Shown one piece after another: positions 9,376-17,163 of a stretch of 64,000 nt of DNA. Every line of letters begins with the position of its first letter. Within the stretch, counting starts at the first letter, position 1. Origin of the DNA: Chloroflexota bacterium. GTDB lineage: Bacteria > Chloroflexota > Anaerolineae > Anaerolineales > JBFLVL01. The notes under the pieces are model-generated. The model was not told the origin of the DNA, did no database searches, and worked only from the letters and a program-made list of their open reading frames with translations. The stretch lies in assembly GCA_040758495.1 (NCBI GenBank), contig JBFLVL010000005.1:35682-99681 (forward strand). The letters are read 5' to 3'. The position numbers and the translations under genes are program-made.

Positions 9376-10584
9376 CTACGGATATGAAGTGGCTGGGGTA
9401 GGTGTAGGGGAAAGAGTGGCCTTTTCTGTAGGCCGGGGTGTTGGTGTACTGGTCATCGTGGCTGTAGGCGAAGGGGTAAGAGCAGCTTCCAATGTGGCTA
9501 TCAATGGAGAGAGAGGCACAGGGGTGCGCAGTACATCCAGAGCCTGCTTCACCTTTTGTATCCAGACTTCCCGCTTGGGTAAGCGTACAACTTCACTACC
9601 CGAACCAGGCACTTCCCAGGTTGTAACACTGCCCTCATCCAACCGAAAGTAAAACACCCTCTGCGGATCGAGTAAGCGAACAGCAAGGGGTATATAGCTC
9701 TTCAGATCGCTTAACTTCAGATTGGTTTGCACACTATCCTCATATTCTAAATATAGAGAAGCAATATCCATTAAATTTTCAGGAGTGACAATCTTTTCAA
9801 ACAGGGCGCGCAGAACTTGCTGTTGTCGTTGTTGGCGCTCAAATTCGTTTTCGTCTATTAATGTACTTACATAACAATAGGCCTTCTTTCCATCCATGCG
9901 GATGTCACCCGCTGAAATACCGCCGCAGATTTCCGGCAGACCAGTCTGGACCGAAATGGTTAGCCCTCCAAATGCATTCACAAGACGAATGAATTGGTTT
10001 TGATAAACAAGCACCCAGTGCGTAGGACGCAGACCTAGATTGTACTCCAGGGTAAGGGCTAGTAACTCAAACCCGCCGCGGGCATACGCTGCACCCAACC
10101 GTTGCATTGTCCAACCGGGTATGTATAGATATGCATCGTAGGGCAATGAGATCAGACTGATCAACCCATAACGAACGTTAACCAAAGCCAGTATAAAAGT
10201 TTTCGTCAATCCCTGAAATGGGGCTTGCTCACCAATTCCCATCAGAACGAAAATCTCAATGTCCTCTGGCAAGGACTGTGGCGGAACCGGTGGAGGAATA
10301 GGCATAGGGGGTTTACGACTGGGCGTGGGGTAATCCGTCAGGGGCGTTGGAGTGAGTGTGCGCGTGGGCACCAAGGTATCAGTTGCGGTTGGAGATATCG
10401 AGGCCGTAGAAGTAAACGCAACTGTTGAGCTTAAGGTTACCGGCTGAGCCGCGATAGGATATCCCTCCACCGGCGTAAGGTCAGATTCCCCGATCTGACC
10501 ACACCCCACCACGAGAAATCCTGTTGCCACCATAGCGAGCAACAAACATCCATCTTTTAAATCACACATATTCAACAAACCCAC
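9376..10584 (-). CDS. LCP (LytR-CpsA-Psr) family protein with Pro/Thr-rich N- and C-terminal linkers
   Basis: 402-aa ORF (GTG start; an internal ATG lies 5 codons in) with a lipobox-like LVVGCG. The core IFVLMGIG...LISLISLPYDAYLYIPGW resembles the LCP catalytic domain. The C-terminal tail is TPSPTATMTSTPTPRPTEKATLSPTPTPATSYP. Confidence 0.65.
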   Translation of the reverse strand: MGLLNMCDLKDGCLLLAMVATGFLVVGCGQIGESDLTPVEGYPIAAQPVTLSSTVAFTSTASISPTATDTLVPTRTLTPTPLTDYPTPSRKPPMPIPPPVPPQSLPEDIEIFVLMGIGEQAPFQGLTKTFILALVNVRYGLISLISLPYDAYLYIPGWTMQRLGAAYARGGFELLALTLEYNLGLRPTHWVLVYQNQFIRLVNAFGGLTISVQTGLPEICGGISAGDIRMDGKKAYCYVSTLIDENEFERQQRQQQVLRALFEKIVTPENLMDIASLYLEYEDSVQTNLKLSDLKSYIPLAVRLLDPQRVFYFRLDEGSVTTWEVPGSGSEVVRLPKREVWIQKVKQALDVLRTPVPLSPLIATLEAALTPSPTATMTSTPTPRPTEKATLSPTPTPATSYP

Positions 10585-11156
10585 TATGGATATGGTATAG
10601 CTGTAAATGAAGGGGTGACAGTAGGAGGTGGTTGTGTTGAGGTCTTAGTGGCCGTCGGAGTAGAAGTTGGCGGCCTGGGTGTTTGCGTAGGGGTGGCACT
10701 GGCCGTTGGTGAGGCGCTTGAGGTGGGTGAAAGGGTGCTGGTTGGCGACAACGTTCTCGTCGGTGTGGGGCTGGGGGTAAAAGTCCCCGTGGAGGTAGTT
10801 GTAGGTGTGGGGGTAAAGGTTAAGGTAGCAGGCTGAAAAGGCGTCGGTGAACCTGTAAGCTGGAAGGTTGGCGACATGGTAGGGCTAGGAGTATCAGAAG
10901 GGGTGAGAGTAGGAGACCCAAATAAAGGGGTGATCAACGTTGAAGTTGCTTGCGGGGTTGGGAATGTCAATCGAGGTGTTAGTGAAGGAGGCTGAGTCCA
11001 TGTTGCTGGCGGCGACGGAGGAGAGGTGAGATACCCACCCGTATCAGGTGCCATCCAGGCGGCTAGAAACCCTGCAAAGTAACAAGGCAACGTAGCCACA
11101 ATGATCATAATCAGGGCTACCCGTAACCGTACCGCGCCACTCATTGGAATACTCAT
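10584..11156 (-). CDS. Membrane-anchored Pro/Thr/Ser-rich low-complexity protein
   Basis: 190-aa ORF with one N-terminal TM helix (LRVALIMIIVATLPCYFAGFLAAW) followed by about 150 aa that are almost entirely P/T/S. Its stop overlaps the LCP gene start (TAGTG). It has the same orientation as its neighbours. Confidence 0.55.
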   Translation of the reverse strand: MSIPMSGAVRLRVALIMIIVATLPCYFAGFLAAWMAPDTGGYLTSPPSPPATWTQPPSLTPRLTFPTPQATSTLITPLFGSPTLTPSDTPSPTMSPTFQLTGSPTPFQPATLTFTPTPTTTSTGTFTPSPTPTRTLSPTSTLSPTSSASPTASATPTQTPRPPTSTPTATKTSTQPPPTVTPSFTAIPYP

Positions 11157-11275
11157 TCACCGCCTCTCCCAAGAACAACCATGATAATAACATCAGGCCA
11201 TCGGAGAAGCAAGTCGCCATCTTCACCACCCACCTTGGCTTCCTGCTGTCCTTAAACCATGTTATCATCGAGTCC

Positions 11276-12253
11276 ATGACTGCGGTTACGGCTTCCGTTC
11301 TCACTCCTTCAGCCAAACAACTGCGCCCATTCGACGTTCGGCGCGATCTGATGGCCGTGGCTAACTTGATCGCTGATTGTTTTGCCCAAAGCCTGGACGC
11401 GGATGGAAAACGCTACGTCCAGCAAATGCGTCGTGCGGCCAACAATCCGAGCTGGCTCTGGTGGGCAGCCCTCACCAAGGATGATACCAACGTCCCTCTT
11501 TGGGGTTTTGTGTGGGAAGAGGACGGAAAAATCGTTGGAAACCTCAGCCTCATACCCAAATATAGCCTGGGCGAAAGGCGATACCTTATCGCCAATGTGG
11601 CGGTAGACTCTGCATACCGCCGTCGCGGCATTGCCCGAGCGCTCACCCTCGCCGCTCTGCAACACCTCCAGCAACAACATGTCCATTCGGTCTGGTTACA
11701 AGTGCGCGAAGACAACCTCTATGCATACTCCCTTTACCTTAGCATGAACTTTCAAGAGCGCACACGGCGTACGCTCTGGCACCTGCCCACCAAAGGAGCC
11801 GCCCGCAAACCCCCGACAGATATCCTCGTGTCACCACGCCTCCCCAGCGACTGGAAAAAACAAAAAACCTGGTTGTTGAGTGCTTATCCTTCCGAAATGA
11901 TTTGGTGTCTCCCTCTCGATTGGAAAGCCATACAACCCGGATTAACGGGGGAACTCTACCGTTTGTTCACCCAGAACTATCCCTATCATTTAAGTGCCAG
12001 AAGAAAAGACAAGTTGTTGGGCATACTTACCCGCCAAAGAGGGGGAAGTACATTTGACTACCTGTGGCTGGCCGCCTCTCCCGAAACCGAAAGTGATGCC
12101 CTTGGCGCTTTAGTACCGACGATACAACAAACCCCCTTAAGCAAACAAATTCTCTCCTTTGACTACCCCTCAGGTAGAGCTACGGAAACTTTACTCGGAA
12201 TGGGATTCCAACCACAACGCTCACTCATCTGGATGAATTACAACCTCGAGTGA
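11276..12253 (+). CDS. GNAT family N-acetyltransferase with uncharacterised C-terminal extension
   Basis: The ORF is open from 11144 (TTG); the first ATG is at 11276. It carries GNAT motif A: YLIANVAVDSAYRRRGIARALTLAAL. About 170 aa at the C-terminus have no motif I recognise. Confidence 0.65.
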   Translation: MTAVTASVLTPSAKQLRPFDVRRDLMAVANLIADCFAQSLDADGKRYVQQMRRAANNPSWLWWAALTKDDTNVPLWGFVWEEDGKIVGNLSLIPKYSLGERRYLIANVAVDSAYRRRGIARALTLAALQHLQQQHVHSVWLQVREDNLYAYSLYLSMNFQERTRRTLWHLPTKGAARKPPTDILVSPRLPSDWKKQKTWLLSAYPSEMIWCLPLDWKAIQPGLTGELYRLFTQNYPYHLSARRKDKLLGILTRQRGGSTFDYLWLAASPETESDALGALVPTIQQTPLSKQILSFDYPSGRATETLLGMGFQPQRSLIWMNYNLE

Positions 12254-12309
12254 TTTCTGCAGAGAAACACCACCCTGTCAAATCTTCCTTCTTCGGGATA
12301 AATGTTACT

Positions 12310-12702
12310 TTAAGCGTTGTCCAGCAGCCTGCTATTTTGAGCGACTTGGCGCAGTACTGCAATCATGTCATCCGAGTCGAGGCACTTTGTCAACACCCTC
12401 TTTACTCCCACCTTTTCCAACTCCATCCGCAAAGCGGTATCAGCAACCGTGGTGAGCACAACAACGGCTGTCTCAGGTACTTGTTGGGTGATCTGCTGAA
12501 GGGTATACATCCCCAAACCATCACTCATCATTGGGTCAATCAACAACAGGTCAGGACGTTTATTCAATGTGCACTTGAGAGCCTGGGTATTATCACGCGC
12601 TTCCCCCACAATGATAAAATCAGGCTCCCTATGTAAACGGGTTACCAGTTGTCGGCGTACGTCTGAGAACTCATCAGCAATGATAACGCGTATTGCAGCC
12701 AT
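12310..12702 (-). CDS. Stand-alone response regulator receiver domain (CheY-like)
   Basis: ATG at 12702 (MAAIRVIIADEF...). The receiver hallmarks are present: the acidic pair ADE, a phospho-acceptor Asp in LLLIDPMM, VVLTT and LTK. There is no output domain. Confidence 0.8.
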   Translation of the reverse strand: MAAIRVIIADEFSDVRRQLVTRLHREPDFIIVGEARDNTQALKCTLNKRPDLLLIDPMMSDGLGMYTLQQITQQVPETAVVVLTTVADTALRMELEKVGVKRVLTKCLDSDDMIAVLRQVAQNSRLLDNA

Positions 12703-12933
12703 AAAAAATTTGCCCCAAAACAAAATAGCAAGCTCAGTGTAACAAAACTTATAAATAGCTTAAAGAGACAAATGTCCCAGGGCTGAAGGGACAAGTCTCA
12801 TGTTAGGTTATATCCAGATATGCCTGGGGTTAGGCCCTGTAGGCTTTCACAGTCCAATGATCACGCGTGACTGCCCCCAGAAGGGGTGTGAGCGGAGGGT
12901 CACAAAGTTCGCAGCTCAAGTGGGGATCATCCG

Positions 12934-14268
12934 TCACGGTTCAGGCGTGGATGGTGAGTCAATCGTGGTATATACGTCAGTGATCAGCAAGTCGTAATTG
13001 CCAGCGGCTTGGGCGGCTTTCATCTGCGCCTGGCGTGCCAAGTTGGTAGCATCTGCGAGAATGCGCAAGGCTTCTTCGGGATTGTGGAAACCCATACTGT
13101 TTTCAGCCGAGACAAAGTCCCAACGGAACTGTGCCTGCCAATGCAGGAAGCGCGCTTCCTCCAAAAGGTCTTGATTGACCTCGGGAAGTTGAGCGGCAGC
13201 TTCGATAGCTTTGATGGCATCAATGATGGCATTCTCAGCGGTGATCTTGATTGTATGCACCTGATCTTGAATGGTACAGACGCGTGCAACCACATAATTC
13301 ACGTCGGTATGGCACTGACCGCAGGCCTGTTCGGGGAATAACAATGGGCTTTTTACGTCATGGCTGGAATATTTCACCGCACCGTCGCGCAGGTAGGGCA
13401 TATGGCAATCCGCGCAGGCCACGCCGGCACTGAAGTGGGTGCTTTCAGCCGTGTAGAACTCGTATTCCGGGTGCTGAGCTTTCAACATAGAAGTCCCGGT
13501 ATCGGGGTAGGTCCAATCGCTAAACCCCAATTCCTCGTAGTAGCTGAGGATCGCCTCCACGCGTGTGCCATCCGCCCACGGGAAAGTAAGGTATTTGCCT
13601 TCACCCGCGAAGTAGTACTCGACATGACAATTCGCGCAGACCACTGTACGCATCTCCTGGCGAGTGAGAGTACGCCAGTCTATGCCCAGCTTCATGAGGG
13701 CTTCTTCCAGAGCCGGGTTAGTTACGATCAAGCGCATCGTTCCGACCTCATGGCAATTGGCACAGCCGATGGGCTGATCAATCTGTTGACCCAGTTCGCT
13801 GAAAGGCGTCTTATCGAACGCAGCCATGCCCATCTCGGTCCACAACTCGGGGTTGTTGGCAGACTTACACGAGTAGCAGGTGCCTGGGGTCTTCTCGTCA
13901 ATGCGTTTGGTCTCGTTTACGTCGGTCAGGCTGTTTAAATGACCTCTTTCCTCGTTGTAGTCCTTGCCAAAGCCATAGCCCGCAAACAAGATGACCTGAC
14001 GTGGGTCCTCGGTCAGGTGCGAAAATTTTTCTGATCCGCCATAGGTAGTGCGTGTATCATTTGTCAGGGTCTTCAGGAAGGAGGAATATTCATTAGGAAA
14101 GTTAATACCCCATCTGGACGAGTCGGGTTCCATTGGCGCGATGTCTACCAAGGGCTGAAATCCTCGTTCCGGAGCAGGTCGGCTCTGGATATAAAGCAGC
14201 GTGCCGACCAGCCCAGCGCCAAGCAAAACGATGATTCCTGTCAAGATCAGGTTGGTGGTTCTTTTCAT
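12934..14268 (-). CDS. nrfA: Cytochrome c nitrite reductase, pentaheme catalytic subunit (ammonia-forming)
   Basis: Diagnostic CxxCK heme motif (CYSCK) plus four CxxCH motifs (CANCH, CANCH, CADCH, CGQCH). The ATG at 14268 overlaps the nrfH stop (ATGA), with GGAGGAGGAA upstream. An N-terminal TM/signal helix is present. Confidence 0.93.
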   Translation of the reverse strand: MKRTTNLILTGIIVLLGAGLVGTLLYIQSRPAPERGFQPLVDIAPMEPDSSRWGINFPNEYSSFLKTLTNDTRTTYGGSEKFSHLTEDPRQVILFAGYGFGKDYNEERGHLNSLTDVNETKRIDEKTPGTCYSCKSANNPELWTEMGMAAFDKTPFSELGQQIDQPIGCANCHEVGTMRLIVTNPALEEALMKLGIDWRTLTRQEMRTVVCANCHVEYYFAGEGKYLTFPWADGTRVEAILSYYEELGFSDWTYPDTGTSMLKAQHPEYEFYTAESTHFSAGVACADCHMPYLRDGAVKYSSHDVKSPLLFPEQACGQCHTDVNYVVARVCTIQDQVHTIKITAENAIIDAIKAIEAAAQLPEVNQDLLEEARFLHWQAQFRWDFVSAENSMGFHNPEEALRILADATNLARQAQMKAAQAAGNYDLLITDVYTTIDSPSTPEP

Positions 14269-14741
14269 TTTTCCTCCTCCTTGTGCTGATAGGGTAACAA
14301 CGAGATGCCGCGCTCGCCATGGGCAGTTGAGCGATGACAGTCCCAACAGTAGGTGTCAAAGGGCATCAGACCACCCAGGATAATATCCACGGTGTCCTCA
14401 TGGCAACGAATACAATTATCCTGAACAACTTTGAGTGAGGATTCTTTAGCACGGATGGCATCAGGAATATTTCCAAGAAGAAAAGCTGAGACATGATGGT
14501 AACCTGATAGCGCCTTCACGTAGTACTTAGGGATGAGCGCATGGGGTGTGTGACAGTCCGCGCAGACAGTCCCTCCGTGATGAGTGGCGTGAAACCAGCC
14601 CTCGTAGACCGCATCCATCACATGGCAGTTGTTACACGTGGTGGGATCATTTCCTAGGTAGGCGGTGAAATCGGTAACGTACATCCCCACCCCGATGACT
14701 GCCAACAGGGTTAAAATTCCGATCATTAACGGAAGCTTCAT
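14265..14741 (-). CDS. nrfH: NrfH, membrane-anchored tetraheme cytochrome c quinol dehydrogenase (NapC/NirT family)
   Basis: 158 aa with an N-terminal TM helix and four CxxCH motifs (CNNCH, CADCH, CIRCH, CWDCH). It lies immediately upstream of, and is coupled to, nrfA. Confidence 0.92.
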   Translation of the reverse strand: MKLPLMIGILTLLAVIGVGMYVTDFTAYLGNDPTTCNNCHVMDAVYEGWFHATHHGGTVCADCHTPHALIPKYYVKALSGYHHVSAFLLGNIPDAIRAKESSLKVVQDNCIRCHEDTVDIILGGLMPFDTYCWDCHRSTAHGERGISLLPYQHKEEEK

Positions 14742-14785
14742 ATAACAGACACTTTATAAAAAATATTCAGGTGAGTAAATACTCG

Positions 14786-16144
14786 TTATTGATGATGTAA
14801 GGGAAAGCGCAGGGTCACGCAAGTGCCTCCATCGGGTCGAGGAGATATATCCAGGTCTCCTCCCAAACCCTCTGCGCGCAACTGCATGTTGATTAATCCC
14901 TGACCACCAACCCGCATCTGTTCACCCCTCATCCCAATGCCATCATCAGATATGGATAGCACCAGGATATGATCTTGCTGCGCTACCTTTATAAACACGT
15001 TGCATGCGCGGGCGTGTTTGCGCACATTGGTTAACGCCTCTTGAGCTATATGCAACACCTCTACCGTATGTTCAGGATTTAGTACCTCCGATTGCAAACC
15101 ATCCAGCTCCAAATGCGTACTCAGAAAGCTGTTCGCTCGCAAATCGCGTTCCAGCTCAATCAGCCCACAGCGCAAGTCATTACCCTGAAAACGCTCGGGG
15201 CGTAAATTCAGTATGTAGTTTCGTATGTCACGGATGACCTCATTTAACCCCTGCAAAGCCTGAGCAATACGCTCCTTTTCCTCAACCGCCCTGTAAGGGA
15301 GGTTGTGCCTCGTATCGTCCAGCATCAAACCGATGGCATACAATGATTGGATCACGCCATCGTGCAGATCCATACCAAATCGTTCGCGTTCCTGAAAAAT
15401 GGCTAATTGCTGAGTTTGTCGGTAAAGCTGAGCGTTTTCAATGGCGATAGAGGCTTGCGTGGCGAACATCTCCAGTACTTCTTGATCTCTCTCGGTAAAC
15501 TCACAATACTCACGGCCATCACGGCTGTTCCTCGGCAACTTATTCGCCAGATATAAATCACCGATCACCTTACCTTTAGAATGTACGGGAACTCCCAATA
15601 GCGAATATATGGGAGGATGGTTAGGGGGCAGACCCACGGCCCGCGGGTCGTCTGCTATGTTCGAAACGCGGATGGGTTTACCCTCCCGGATCATGACACC
15701 CAACAACCCCCGACCTGATGGGGGTTTACCGACGCGTGCGCGCTCTTCCGGAGTAATCCCGGAGGTGATAAACTGCTCCAGGTAATCCCCCGTCTCACCT
15801 AGCATCCCCAACGCCCCATACTTAGCACCGATCAAGCCTCGAGCCAGTTCAGCAACTTTTTGCAGGACAACACTCAATTCCAGTTCGGTCGTCAACGTCA
15901 GGGCTGCCTGATGCAGAGCCGTTAGCTGCTCGGAGCGTTGTCCTATCTCAGCCTCACGTTTCTGTGCCAAACGAAAAATAACGGCGGAAAATCCCGCCGA
16001 TATCAAAACCACTATCATCACTGCAATAACTTCTAGGCTCAAATTAAGTTGCCCCCCAAAAAGCCAATCCCGCAACCCGACAATGGCAATTAAAAAGCTA
16101 AGCGGTATCATCACCGTTAGCAATTTCAACGCTCCAGAGCTCAT
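14786..16144 (-). CDS. Sensor histidine kinase with GAF domain (HisKA_3/NarL-partner type)
   Basis: 452 aa with two N-terminal TM helices and a GAF-like segment. The HisKA_3 H-box is FGMDLHDGVIQSLYAIG. ATPase boxes are ALTNVRKHA, SDDGIG and GQGLINM. Confidence 0.88.
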   Translation of the reverse strand: MSSGALKLLTVMIPLSFLIAIVGLRDWLFGGQLNLSLEVIAVMIVVLISAGFSAVIFRLAQKREAEIGQRSEQLTALHQAALTLTTELELSVVLQKVAELARGLIGAKYGALGMLGETGDYLEQFITSGITPEERARVGKPPSGRGLLGVMIREGKPIRVSNIADDPRAVGLPPNHPPIYSLLGVPVHSKGKVIGDLYLANKLPRNSRDGREYCEFTERDQEVLEMFATQASIAIENAQLYRQTQQLAIFQERERFGMDLHDGVIQSLYAIGLMLDDTRHNLPYRAVEEKERIAQALQGLNEVIRDIRNYILNLRPERFQGNDLRCGLIELERDLRANSFLSTHLELDGLQSEVLNPEHTVEVLHIAQEALTNVRKHARACNVFIKVAQQDHILVLSISDDGIGMRGEQMRVGGQGLINMQLRAEGLGGDLDISPRPDGGTCVTLRFPLHHQ

Positions 16145-16160
16145 CCAGCACCCTTCACCG

Positions 16161-16169
16161 TGCTATAAT
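16161..16169 (+). promoter_or_regulatory. Possible extended -10 promoter element for the NarL-type regulator
   Basis: TGCTATAAT lies in the 68-bp divergent region between the kinase and regulator genes. No good -35 hexamer was found. Confidence 0.3.
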
Positions 16170-16212
16170 CTATTACCTTGATTATATCATCTCCTCTTAG
16201 AGGGTGAACCAT

Positions 16213-16869
16213 ATGCTGCGAATTCTACTCGTGGACGACCATGAGGTTGTACGCTTAGGACTGAAGGCCTTACTCTCACGACATCCGCACTTCGAGGTCG
16301 TCGCCGAAGCCAGTGACGCCAACGAGGCCATCCAAAAAGTTCACAAGTACAATCCCGACGTGGTAGTAATGGACATTCGCCTGCCCGGAAAAAGCGGCGT
16401 TGACGCCACGCGCGAGATTGTATCACAACGACCCAACACCAAAGTGATTATCCTCACCTCCTACGCTGAGGACGACATGCTCTTTGAAGCCATTGCAGCC
16501 GGCGCTTCCGGTTACGTGTTGAAACAAATCGGGAGTGACGAGCTCATCAAAGCGCTGGAGACAATAGGCAAAGGGGAAGCCTTGCTCGACCCAGCCCTGA
16601 CACAACAGGTCTTCGAGCGGGTGCGCGAGGCCGCCCGCAAAGCCCACGATGAAGCTTTCGCTGCCCTGACCAATCAGGAACTGCGTATCATGTCCCTGAT
16701 ATCCAAAGGGAAGACCAACCGTGAGATCGCTGAGGCTGTTTATCTCAGCGAAAAAACCGTACGCAATTACGTGAGCTCCATTTTGAGCAAATTAGGACTT
16801 TCCTCTCGAGCCGAAGCGGCAGCATACGCGGTTCGCTACCGTATTCAGGACCACCTTCCCCCCCATTAA
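16213..16869 (+). CDS. NarL/FixJ family response regulator (receiver + LuxR-type HTH)
   Basis: ATG at 16213 ([17 protein letters not shown]); the ORF is open from a GTG at 16204. Receiver residues are [14 protein letters not shown] and YVLK. The HTH reads [44 protein letters not shown]. Confidence 0.92.
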   Translation: MLRILLVDDHEVVRLGLKALLSRHPHFEVVAEASDANEAIQKVHKYNPDVVVMDIRLPGKSGVDATREIVSQRPNTKVIILTSYAEDDMLFEAIAAGASGYVLKQIGSDELIKALETIGKGEALLDPALTQQVFERVREAARKAHDEAFAALTNQELRIMSLISKGKTNREIAEAVYLSEKTVRNYVSSILSKLGLSSRAEAAAYAVRYRIQDHLPPH

Positions 16870-17067
16870 CCCAACTCCTAATTTCGGCGTGCTTCTAACC
16901 CCTGGCGGAGTCTGCTCTTTGGCAAACCCCGGGGATCTGCCATTTACCTGTTCAAACGCCAGAAATTTACCTTGCGACAATACTCACACTTCGATCGGGA
17001 TAGCAGGAGGTCAAACAACGGTAGCAAGCACAAATTTCCGTTTATAACCCAGCAAGATTATTGAATG

Positions 17068-17111
17068 AAAAAAGAGGTGTCCCCGACCACCTTTCAGGTC
17101 GCGGACACCTC
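17068..17111 (-). terminator. Intrinsic terminator of the pyruvate:ferredoxin oxidoreductase gene
   Basis: Minus strand reads GAGGTGTCCGCGACC-TGAAAGGT-GGTCGGGGACACCTC (15-bp stem, one mismatch) followed by TTTTTT. It lies about 50 nt after the stop at 17164. Confidence 0.8.
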
Positions 17112-17163
17112 CGATAAACTCCTCACTGACTCTTTGTTAGCTCAGAAATCAGACAGCAGAATC

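Noticed and set aside
10615-10836. 73-aa Gly/Val-rich plus-strand ORF
   Set aside because: It is the reverse complement of the Pro/Thr-rich coding repeats on the minus strand, so it is a compositional artefact.
13360-13938. 192-aa plus-strand ORF inside nrfA
   Set aside because: It is antisense to nrfA, whose five heme motifs unambiguously define the real frame.
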